From positions 22,756,001 to 22,820,000 of the forward strand of contig NC_058369.1 in the NCBI RefSeq assembly GCF_018350175.1: 64,000 nucleotides of DNA, given 5' to 3'. The position numbers and the translations under genes were made by a program. The first letter of the stretch is position 1, and every line of letters begins with the position of its first letter. This document shows, piece by piece, positions 24,701 to 35,790 of the stretch. The notes under the pieces were generated by a model, which saw only the letters and a program-made list of their open reading frames with translations, did no database searches and was not told the origin of the DNA. This DNA is from Felis catus (lineage: Eukaryota).

Positions 24701-27000
24701 TTGTGAAATATTCTATTGAAAGGGGTCTGGGGCCTTAGAGTGAGGAGCTCTTCATTCTGCTTTGGAGGGTTTAACAAAAGTTTCACGGAGCAGAGGGTAT
24801 TCAATGAGGGTGTTGAAGGAGGAATAGGAGCCTTGCTGTGCGGGGTGAGATGAGTGTAGCCAGAGACACCACCTGTGGAGAAGACACCTGCTTGTTACTG
24901 GTTTGGATAGCACGTGGTGTTCAATGATTATGACATGGGACTTACTTTTTCCACTACTCTGTACTTTGTTTAGAAAATCTACCAAAATGAAAGAGGAGTT
25001 AGGCTTTCCTTTTGAAAATTTGTAACCCTAGGACTCGAAAATAGTTTGCTCTGAAACTTGGAAAGCAAATGTAAACACATTTTTCCCCTTGTCAGAAAAT
25101 GTTTAAACCCATTAGGATGCAAAGATTAGGGGCTTAGATTGGATTCACAGGAGCTACGCCAGCCCCACATATGTATTAGATTATTATTTTTTTTTCTGAA
25201 ATGATACAGGCTTTTTGCCCATAGAGTAAGTCTTCTTGATACAACTGAAAAACCAGGAGAAGAAACTCAGAAGGGCCTGTGCATTTCACCCTGGAAACCA
25301 CGAGCTTAAACATTTAGTAGACACGGATCTTGGATTTTGGGCTCAGTTTTCCTTAACCTTCCTTCCTTTTCCTTCTTTTCCCAGATGCCTCTTGATGAGA
25401 AAAAGGCAGCTGTTTAACCTCATGTATATTTGCATTATTCCAAATGATCTCGCAATTATGGTTAAGGTTCTTGGAAGAGGCTACCAGGCTTATAAAGAGG
25501 AAAGTGGCCTCCAAATGGAAGGGTGCTGCACATTCAAAACAGACAGCAGAGAAAATGGGGAGACAAGGCAAATGCATTTTGCCAGTAAATGTTGTGGCGG
25601 GAATCCAGGCACCTGCCAGGTGGAAGTCCTCGGGAATGATGAAGCGGTTATTGACGTAGAATTCATGCATCCTCCCCCGTTTGCACTTGATAAATTGCCA
25701 GGTCCAGTTCTCCTGGTAGCAGCTCACCTTTTCCAATAATTTGTCCTCCAACAGCTGTCCAGTAATGTTGCTTACAGTCGTTTGTTGTTGTTTTTAACTA
25801 CCAGACTAACCAATATTTCTGTGCCCTAAATTTTATTCAGTGAACTCACTTCCTTGATCCTTCATCAAGGAAGAGATTTCTTTAAAATCAATGAAATTAC
25901 CAAAGAGCAGGCCACTCCTGTGAGCGTCAGCTCTGCCCCAGCCTGCTGTGAGTACTGGGGGTTCTCTGCTCGTCGGCACTCACGTGCCCCTAACCTTGTA
26001 CAAGGTGCCTCCCACCTTATTGTCTCCAGAGACGTTTCCAGCCCTGAGTGGCCTCCCTGAGGGTCAGCATCCAGAGAGAGGGAAGCCCCAGAGTCTAGTT
26101 CTGACCCCCCCAACCACCATCTAATCACAAGAAGTAGCTGTCAAAGTCCCTGGTACAGAGGGAGCGGAGGCATCATGGGAAACACTGCCCCTCTGAGTGC
26201 TTTAAAACATCATCCCAGGGGATTAAGGCAAGAGAGACATGCAGGCTTACAGGGTCTGGAAACAGCCCTGATGGCAAACCCTGCCCCCTAACTTGGTACC
26301 TAGAAGAGCTCATTCTAGTCTCTTAGTCCCTTTTTAAACCTTTAAAGCTTGCCTTTCTGTATAAATCTACCTTAATCATTAATCAGGCCAGGATCTTGCC
26401 TCAGCATCATGTCTTCCCAGGATGTCCTGGGTTATGTTCCCACCAGCCCTTTTGGACTTTGTAACACTGTTTTTGCCCTTTCCTTGCCCCTGACCTTGTA
26501 AAGTGTTACCTGCCATCTGCATGCTTTAGATGCCTGCCCACCTTGACCTCTGGTACTGGTCTGTCCCATGACTCCCCATCCATTGCTGTATGTTGGTTAT
26601 GTATTAGGTTACTAGCAAAGTGAGATGTACCATTGATGGTATGCGTTGAGTTAGCATGTTAAAAGCTATGATTTACTAAACAGGATAAATTAAGTGGTTT
26701 GCCTTCATGAAGTATTGGCAAATATGGGAAATTATATGAGGAACAAGATTTTATTAGAATACATACGCACATGTTAGTATTCTTGTTTTGACTTGTTTTA
26801 TTAATAGTTATGATTGTTTTAGTGTTTATTTAAAATTACCATGTCTGAGTTATCTTTAACATTCATCATATCCAATAGTAGTTGTTTGATTAGATATTTG
26901 TCTCCTTTATAATTTTGTTCAATGGGGGATCTTCAAGAAGAGGGACTGTGTCTTACTAGTTTTTGCTTAATAAATAATAGTTGAACTTCTTTTGAGAGTC

Positions 27001-27009
27001 AGAGAGAGA

Positions 27010-27078
<69 letters not shown>

Positions 27079-27099
27079 AAAGGAAAGAAAAGAAAGGGA
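27001..27099. repeat. (AG)5 + (GAAA)17 tetranucleotide STR, all-purine tract
   Basis: Perfect GAAA run at 27013-27080. Confidence 0.97.
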
Positions 27100-27479
27100 C
27101 AGAACCCAGCAAAGTCACTGGTCTCTTCTGGTTTGTATAAATAATTTTCAGCATATAACCAGCTTGTATGATGTCATCAGTTTAATCAGTGTATGTGTCC
27201 AGAAGCAAGCTAATATTTGGGGGTGTGGTTTTCTTATAACCTTTCTTGCTATGTTTTTTCAGCCTGCTTACACTTCCCCAAGTAAGGACAGTTTAATTAA
27301 CAGCATAGAAATAATCACAGATATGTATACCTATAACATCAATATCTCCGGGCTATGATAGGTCACTGAAAGTGTTGTCTCTCCTCCCCCAATGCCCCCA
27401 GGCCTGAAACTTTATGAAAAAACATTGTTCTTTTATTAAAAAAAAATCTGTAAAATACTGTAATGACACAAACTTTGTT

Positions 27480-27695
27480 GTTTTTTTTTAAATTTTTTTT
27501 TTAACATTTATTTTTGAGACAGAGAGAGACAGAGCATGAAAGGGGCAGGGGCAGAGAGAGAGGGAGACACAGAATCGGAAGTAGGCTCCAGGCTCTGAGC
27601 CATCAGCCCAGAGCCCGATGCGGGGCTCGAACTCACGGACCGTGAGATCGTGACCTGAGCCAAAGCCGAAGCCGACTGAGCCACCCAGGCGCCCC
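27480..27695 (-). mobile_element. CAN-SINE with short internal deletion; TSD caaactttgtt
   Basis: TSD at 27469-27479 and 27696-27706; head reads gccaaagccgaagccgactgagcc, lacking the usual acgcttaa. Confidence 0.93.
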
Positions 27696-29029
27696 CAAAC
27701 TTTGTTTTAAATAGCGGTTTAGAGTAAGACTAAGTTCATTTTGTTGGTGGAATGCAGTTAGACTTGGCTGTGCTGGAGAGCCGCGGCTGCACTGGGGAGC
27801 TGTCTGCATGGTTGTGGGACAAGCCAAGGCCTTGTGCTTTTTCCTCTTAATCTCCTTCCCTGTGTCCATCCGCCATGGGCCTCTCACCACCCTGAGTCAC
27901 TGCTCCTCTGGCACCTCCTTGGACTCAGGTAGTATGAAGTTCAGCCTTGCACTGATGGTCCAGGTGTTGCCCCAAGCTGGCTCCTGATCTGCTGTCTGGC
28001 CATACTTAGCTCTGTGCCCAGATTGTTCTGTCCTTTGTTCCTGAAGCTTATCTTTTCTCTGAATCTGTGTACGTCCTAAACACCTTCTAACGTTAGAAGA
28101 AAACCTGTCTGCTCTGTCTTCCTGGCTTCAGTAGTGGAAGTCATCGTTTCTTCCTTCAACTCCTCCACCTCGTGAGTTGGAAATCTGGCAAATAGCATCA
28201 GGGGTAATTATTAAATATTGCCAGATATGGCTATAAATTCCTAGGGGACAGAAACAGGGTTATTTTAGCTCCCTTCAGTGCCTGGCACTGCCTGGTTCTT
28301 TATATACAGTAGATGCTTAATAAATATTTGTTGACTAATAGGTTTCGTGTCCCTTAAGATGAGCTGCTCTTAATTAGTTTAATAATAGAGCCCCCCCCCC
28401 CCCCCTTTTTTGTAGCATACAAACAGTGGGAAAATCTTTTGGGGATGAGGTGGGATATAAATAAACACTAATAAATTATTATAAGCATTCCAAAATGTTA
28501 TTGTTAACCGATGATCTTTTCCTCCATTTGGTGTTCACTTTCCCCAAAAGTGAGAAAATCTTTAATTAGTGCTGTTTGTATATGAGCTGTGAGTCGACCT
28601 TAGAATTCTGCTAGATGCCATTGAAGCCTAATTCTTAGACTCCAGTGGTTGAATGTTCACAATAGAACACACTTCTAAGGATCATTTTAATGTATTTAAC
28701 TTACTATTATCTGAATAATATTTATTTAGTGTTTCTTGTCACAGTTATTGCAAATGATAGTAATTTAGCTAGTTTATCTAAAATGGGTTGTTGTGCTAAA
28801 GATGCATAAAAGATCCCAATTAAGAACCAAGTAAATAAGTAAGTCTTTAAAGGAGATTTAAATCTCTCCACAGACTTGCTCGGGATGAGAACTTTCCCTG
28901 TGTTGATGGTGATTGGCAGGTTGTATTCACTAACATGGCAGGTGCCGAGGAGTCATTGTATGCTTTGAAGGAAATCAGACAACAAAACGTATTGAATTTC
29001 ACCCTAGTATACTAAAAACACCTCTTTGT

Positions 29030-29562
29030 TATTTTGGTGACAGTGTTATTGAAATATAATTCACATATCATATAATTTTCCCCCTTATAAGGTGTACAAT
29101 TGAGTAGATTTTAGTCTATTTATAGCTGTACAACCATCACCACTATCAATTTTAGAACATTTTCATTACCCCATAAAGAAGCCACAATACCTTTAGCCAT
29201 ACACTGCATGGTCTTTTGTGACTGACTCCCTTTATTTAGTTTAATGTTTACAGGGTTCATCCGTGTAGTGGTGTGAATCAGTTCTTCGTTCTTTTATATG
29301 GCCAAATAATATTCCATTATATGGATGTACCACATTTTATCCAATTCATTGCTTGGTGGACATTTGGGTGTGTCCACTTTTTGGCTGTTAACAAATAGCA
29401 CAGCTATGAACATTTGTGTGTAAGTTTTTGTGTACACAGCACTTTTTGTTTTCCTTGAGTATATACATAGGAATGGAATTAACTGGTCCTATAGTAAGTC
29501 TGTGTTTAACCTTTCAGGGTACTTCCAGATTGTTTTCCAAAGTGACTGTATTGTTTTACCTT
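29030..29562 (-). mobile_element. Old L1 (L1MB-like) 3' region
   Basis: ttattgaaatataattcacatatcat...caaccatcaccactatcaattttagaacattttcattacccc...aatattccattatatggatgtaccacatttt...gattgttttccaaagtg. Confidence 0.85.
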
Positions 29563-29672
29563 ACTAGGAATACTTTTACTGTGAGAAACTAGGATCATGC
29601 AATATATAAGAGGGTTTCTACATTTGCAAACTAGTACATTAGTTCACACTTCAGAGTTTTTCCCATTGATGG

Positions 29673-29790
29673 TTTTTTTCTAACAACTTTATTGAGGTAT
29701 AATGGACATCCAGTACAATTCACCCAATTTAAGTGTACAATTCAGTGATTTTAATAGATTTGCCAAGTTGTGTGCATATCACTATAATGT
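29673..29790 (-). mobile_element. Second short L1M(A/B)-like 3' terminal fragment
   Basis: aacaactttattgaggtataat...ttaagtgtacaattcagtgattttaatagattt. Confidence 0.7.
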
Positions 29791-29988
29791 GGTAATTGAT
29801 GCACATCACATTGTCTGGACATCTTCATCACTGCAATATGACCTCTCTTCCCATTCCCATTTATTTGATCTGTCCTTACTCATTTAATGTTGTCATTTGC
29901 TGGCCCAGGTGGTAGCTGGGTCAAAGGGCTGAGAAAACTTCATGGCTAACAACATAAAACTGAGATACTTATATCAACTTAATTTTTT

Positions 29989-30213
29989 ATTTCTTTTCTT
30001 TTCCTTTGAGGCGGGGGAGAGAGAGAGAGAGAGAGCAAGCAAGTGAGAGCACAAGTTGGGGAGAGGGGCAGAGGAAGAGAGAGAAAGAATCCCAAGCGGG
30101 CTCTGTGCTCAGCACGGAGCCTGATACGGGGGTCGATCCCATGACCCTGGGATCATGACCTGAGCCAAAATCAAGAGTCAGACACTTAATCAACTGAGCC
30201 ACCCAGGTGCCCC
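29989..30213 (-). mobile_element. CAN-SINE (aaaatcaagagtc variant); TSD tcaacttaatttttt
   Basis: TSD at 29974-29988 and 30214-30228. Confidence 0.93.
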
Positions 30214-30234
30214 TCAACTTAATTTTTTTCAAGT

Positions 30235-30500
30235 TCACAATTTCATACTGCAATTTTGAAATCCAGAACTCTCTGAAAATTGAGAATTTTTCATAACTCA
30301 TTTGGTGGAAAAGCTTGATCTGAAATGACATGTGGGTATGTATAATATTTATTTGTTCTATTTAATGTGAATAATCATGTCTTACTACACAAATATTAAT
30401 ATTTGATTATGGGGTGCTGCCCTAGCTCTCGCTGGGGATATGTAATAAATACAGATACGTGTATTCTTTCATCTTTTAAAATCCAGATGAACTAGCATAG
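30235..30500. mobile_element. Possible Tigger-type DNA transposon relic
   Basis: aattttgaaatccagaactctctgaaaattgag...attatggggtgctgccctag... resembles TcMar-Tigger MITEs from memory. Confidence 0.4.
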
Positions 30501-30520
30501 CATACTGGCCCCAATGATTT

Positions 30521-30734
30521 TTTTTTTATGTTTATCATTTTTGAGAGAGAGAGGGACACACAGAGTGTGAGCGGGGATGGGGCAGAGAGAGAGGGAGACA
30601 CAGAAACCAAGGCTGGCTCCAGGCTCTGAGCTGTCAGCAAAGAGCCCAACGTAGGTCTTGAACCCACGAACTGTGAGATCATGACCTGAGCCGAAGTCTG
30701 ATGCTTAACCGACTGAGCCATGCAGGCGCACCCC
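30521..30734 (-). mobile_element. CAN-SINE (1 of 3 in stack)
   Basis: T tail ... gccgaagtctgatgcttaaccgactgagccatgcaggcgcacccc. Confidence 0.93.
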
Positions 30735-30748
30735 GCCCCACCACAGTG

Positions 30749-30973
30749 TTTTGGTTTGTTTTTTTAAGTTTATTTGTTGAGAGAGAGAGGAGAGAGAGAA
30801 CACGAATGGGGAAGGGGCAGAGAGAGAGAGAGAGGGAGAAAGAGAATCTCAAGCAGTTTCTGTGCTGTCAATGTGGAACTCAGCACAGGGCTCAATCTCA
30901 GGAACTGTGAGATCACGACTTGAGCCAAAATCAAGAGTCGGATGCTTAACCAACTGAGCCACCCAGGTGTTTC
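30749..30973 (-). mobile_element. CAN-SINE (2 of 3; aaaatcaagagtc variant, most diverged)
   Basis: ...gagccaaaatcaagagtcggatgcttaaccaactgagccacccaggtg. Confidence 0.9.
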
Positions 30974-30991
30974 CTGGCCCCAATGGTTTTA

Positions 30992-31218
30992 TTTTTTAAA
31001 AAAAAATTTTTTTTTCAACGTTTATTTATTTTTGGGACAGAGAGAGACAGAGCATGAACGGCGGAGGGGCAGAGAGAGAGGGAGGCACAGAATCAGAAAC
31101 AGGCTCCAGGCTCTGAGCCATCAGCCCAGAGCCTGACGCAGGGCTCGAACTCACGGACCGCGAGATCGTGACCTGGCTGAAGTCGGACGCTTAACCGACT
31201 GCGCCACCCAGGCGCCCC
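30992..31218 (-). mobile_element. CAN-SINE (3 of 3; CpG-rich, young looking)
   Basis: ...gacctggctgaagtcggacgcttaaccgactgcgccacccaggcgcccc; TSD ggccccaa(t/c)ggtttta at 30976-30991 and 31219-31234. Confidence 0.95.
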
Positions 31219-34200
31219 GGCCCCAACGGTTTTAGATGGTCTTATGGACCTATTTTTGCTTTCAGCAACCAGCACCTCAGGGCCTTTGCACTTGCTGTTT
31301 GGCTGTTCTTCCTGGAAGGTTATTCCTCCAGATATCCTCTGGGGTCCTTTTTGTTATTCAGGTATCAACTTTGCAGGGATCCCCTTGCTGACCACCCCAA
31401 ATATTTGTGCTGCTGTCATTCTCTACTGTGTTGCCTTGTTTTATAATTTTCAGGACACTTATCCTCACCTACTGTGATCTAACATATTTGTCCCCTTGCT
31501 TCCTATCTATGTCTCATCCAACATAAGTCCCCTAAAATCAGAGGTCCTAGCTGTTGATTTGCGGGGACGCTGCTGAAAGGCACTGAGCGGTACAGCGTGA
31601 AACCCCCCCCCCCCCCTCCCCGCCGGCTGTTGCAGCCTGTCCCTGCTGGAGTGTCTGCTGCTACTGAGCCAATTCTGCTTGGCTCACCCACGGGGAGGGA
31701 GCTGGACTTGACCTAACAGTCAGTGCTTTGGAGCTGCTCTCAGACTACCTAAGGCTGCTGCCTCTCCCAGAGCATCAAAAACTAAACGTCTGGTCTTCAC
31801 TCTTGTGCCAGCCTGTCACCATGGAGATGGAAACAGCAAGTTCTCAGAGTGGTCTCCAGGCCCCAAAGGGAGGACCCCTCAGCAGTGAGAGATATTAGAC
31901 AATCACCGGCCTTCAGATTATCTTCTTTTTTCTTCAAATCTAGATTTTCATCCATGTTTTTGGGACAGGAAGAAAGTTGTAACCAAAATCGGTCTGCTCA
32001 TTCACTTGTCTCTCGTCAGATAACTAGGTGATGGGCATGCTTTCTGATACAACACACAAGGTAACAGAATGTGTAACTTCTTCTGTTCTAGCTCTTTCGC
32101 CCCTCAATTTACACCTGGTTTTACAGCAAAATACTCGTGAAAGTCAAGGTCTAGGCAAGAATCCTGGCCTCAGTTTATTTGCTTGTTAGATTTAAGTGTC
32201 TTTGCTGAAGGACCACTTGAGACAGCTGCTTGTGGCCATGGTTCCGAGGGCCCTTGTCACTCCAGAGTGCCTCCATGTTGGCATCGACGGTTTGAGTCTT
32301 CCTAAAGTTTAACCAAGTGAGAGTGTTGTGAGTTCCACTCCTAATCTCATACCTCACCTGCTGCGTCACTTTGGGGTGGTCTCTCCATCCCTGTGAGACT
32401 GTTTCTGGTTGGTGCAGTGGGGATGTGATAGCCCCCTGAGGGTTTATGGTAAGGCTTAAATGGACAACCATTTGTAAAGTTGGGCACAGAGGAGGGCCTT
32501 GATCATGTCCGTTCCCTTCTTTAGCATCTGCCTAGGATTGCTTGATTTGCTCAAAACGATTTCACTCCTTTGGAACACTTGTGGGAATTTGAAAACCACG
32601 GAAGTTCAAATATGTTTTATGAATTTGCCTAAACTACGTAGAATGGCTGATACTCAACTCCTTTTGATTCACAAAATGGAAATTTGGCATGGTTGAACTT
32701 ACTACTTCTGTGTGCGTCTATTTCACAGTAAACGCAGGCGGGGAGGGCAGCAGAGGGGTAAACACAGGGGGGTCAGTGCCTTCAGTGCTTTGTGCTGAAC
32801 CTAAGGCTCCATTCTGTTTGGTCCTTAAGAGCACTGGAGAGCTACAAGAGCCCGAACTGCAAGGCGTGCGGGGCTGTGGAGGGGCTTGTGTGTGAGCAAG
32901 GCATGATGAATGTCAGGAGCAAGCACGGTCTATAAATGAGGCATTGCATAGACGTCGAGAGAATGTAAGGCTTTGGTCCTAGTTTACTTTTATGGAAAAT
33001 GGATTGAGTCCTTCATGGGCTCCGTCTTTTCTTCATTAAAAAGGAAATCCTCAAATCTTGTACCACTATCATGTGTTTCTCTATCTGCGTATTTCCTTGC
33101 CATTTTGAAATAAAGTTATAATTAAGGGTTGACAGAGGAGAGAGTTGAAACCGAGAGAATAAAACATAAAAATAACTTCCCATAAAAATTCAAACTTTAG
33201 ATGCAATTTCAGTTCATTACCTGGGCATTAAAAAGGGGAGAGTCAGCTTATCTTTTAAGCTAGCATCTCATCCTCGGAAATGTAAAAATGTGAAGTTTGG
33301 TTCTGGAGGGTGAAAATGTCATTTCTTGAACACAGAGGAACATACGAGAATTAGAAGGGACAAATAACAGAAAATGAGCTGAAAGACACACTTCGTTCAG
33401 AGCCTATCCCCCTTGGTTTACTCAGCTCCCCACGGGCACCCCAGGATTGGTTCCCTCGCCACCCTGTGTTTTGAGTTGGAGCCATCATCTTCTTGAAAGT
33501 ATCGGACAAGGTTCAGAGTTTTGGCGTCAGGATTTTATTTCTACATTGTGGGAGGAGGGCCTTTCCTGAGGACATTGAAGCAGGGGGCTTGTGTAAAACA
33601 TTTGGGGACCAGGGTCATGGGAATAGTCTTATTTTTCATTATTCATTCTTGATTTCATTTGGAATAAGCTTCACACATAAGTACATGTGTTTTACTTTAC
33701 CTTAGAGGAGTAAAAAGCAGCTTGGGCCTATTTACCCAAGGTCCTTCAAAAGTCAAGGGTGACCCAGGCCATTTGGACGTTTTTTCCTCTAAAGCTCCCA
33801 GTATGTTATGATGTGAAGAAATGACAAAGCATATTTCAAGTTGTGACATATTTTAAATATTTACGTTGAACAAATTACTGCTTTTTAACAAACGTATACA
33901 ATATAGTTGAGCTCTTCCCAAGAAAATAAAAGATAGTAAAAAGAAGTAGTAATGTATCATAGACTATGTGGTCCAGGCACTGAATGAAACAGCTTCTCCC
34001 TCCAGTGCAGTGGCTTCTCTTTGACTGCATCTGGAATCTCCTTAGGAGATAAAGTGGAAAGTCTAAGTTTAAGGGCCTTGGAATTGGAGGCCTGGGTCCA
34101 ATGGCTGGGCCTGGAAAGGATTGTAGAGCTTCCCTGAGCTGGGTCATCAGGGAGCTTCCCAGGACAGTTTTTATTACTGCCTTTGTTACTGTAAGCATGT

Positions 34201-34253
34201 TTTCATCCTCAAACCTTCCTTCTCTCTGAATTCCCTTCCTGCCAGGGCCTAAA

Positions 34254-34425
34254 TCTCTCCTCCCTCCCTCCTTCCTTTTTTTCTTTCCTTCCTTCCTCCC
34301 CCCGCCCCCACCAACCAACCTCCCTCCCTCCCTCCCTCCCTCCCTCCCTCCCTCCCTCCCTCCCTCCCTCCCTCCCTTCCTTCCTTCCTTCCTTCCTTCC
34401 TTCCTTCCTTCCTTCCTTCCTTCCT
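34254..34425. repeat. Polypyrimidine tract with (TCCC)14(TTCC)12
   Basis: TCCC at 34321-34376, TTCC at 34377-34424. Confidence 0.97.
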
Positions 34426-35399
34426 AATATTTTCATACAGGAATCTGGATTACTCTCCCAAACTTCAGTTCCTCCCAGTTTTCTGTTCCCTGCACATTGG
34501 ACCCTGCTCCTACCTCTGCTCTAAAATGGTTCTTGCGTACTTAACCCTCCAGTTCACTCAGGTTTGGCCAGAAAAGCCAAAAAGCCTTTAGGTATTCTAA
34601 GTAGGTAGGGATTAACATAAGGAGCTTAAAGCTCACTTGATAGTTGGCAGAACCAGGGGCACGAGGTTCAGGGAAGCTGCTGCCCAAGTGCATAGATTTG
34701 GGAAGTGCCATGGTCACGGGGAACCACCACCAGCGGCCTGAGCCTCTGTACACTCAGTGGGTAATTCTCAGGAGGGCATCTGGATGACACCAGCAAAAGA
34801 CCTGTGCCATCTTCAGATGCCCACACACTTGCCCATAGCTTCAGTTGGAGAACATTGGCATCTGCCATTTTTGCCTTTGTCTCTCCAAATCTAATCTGAA
34901 TCCCTGCTGGTAAGGGATTCTAGAACAGGTAGTTTTCAGGCTTCTAGCCCTTGCCATAGAAGGGGTTGCTTCAGTGATGCTGAGAATCCACAGGCAGCAT
35001 CCAGCATATGCCCTTCTTCAGCAGATCTTCCATCATTACGTTACTTGGTGTCACTCTGAGCTTTCGCAACATCTGCCAACCTTCTTTTCTCAAGTGTTCC
35101 TTCTGAGCTCCATCTGCCTCTCTGACCATTCCTTGGTGTCTCCTGGGGGTGGTACTGGCTAGTGGTTAACAGCACCAAGCCAGTTACCATTACTCTGTCC
35201 CCTCATTCTCTCTGGCCTGTTGGCCTCCGAGTCTTGCAGATTCACTCTTCTGAATAGCTTTAACGTGCTTTTTCTGTAGTCTTTCTCTTTATTGCCTCGG
35301 ATCACCTTCTGAAAAATTTTTAAAAATCTATATAACTTCAATAATACTTAGCTGCTTAAAACTCTCCAGCGTCCTTTTGTGCTACCTCACTCCATGCAA

Positions 35400-35790
35400 C
35401 CCCACCTCTACATGTGTCCATATACTGAACTTTTTGTGATTGCCTGAGTGTGTCTGTCATGTTGTCTTTTGCCTTGGGGTCTTTGCACATGCAGTTTCCT
35501 GATCCTGAAAGGACCTTCCTGTTTCCTGGGCTATCGCTTGTCCTTCTGGTGTCAACATAGATGAGAAGCCTCCTTGCACCTGTAAGCCTGGTCTAGTTGA
35601 TCGCTCAGTGGGCTTCCTCCTCTTGGAACCTCTATCACATTGGGTTCTGGTTGTCTGGTTTTCTTTTTCCCTCCCTAGACTACAGTGTCCTCAAGGGAAG
35701 GAGGTATATCTTATAAACTTTATAGTCCCAGCCAAACACAGTACCTGGTGCATAGTAGGGTAAATAACGGATCTTCGTTAAGTTGTGCAA
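35400..35790 (+). mobile_element. L2 3' end relic
   Basis: ggtctttgcacatgcagtttcc...ctagactacagtgtcctcaagggaagg...acagtacctggtgcatagtagg. Confidence 0.6.

Noticed and set aside
33875..34436. GRKE/GGRE repeat ORFs
   Set aside because: Translations of the (GGAA)n(GGGA)n microsatellite.
34668..34868. Minus-strand ORF containing KLWAS, like CACNA2D3 VKLWASAFGG
   Set aside because: Wrong strand, only five residues match and the flanks are unrelated; chance.
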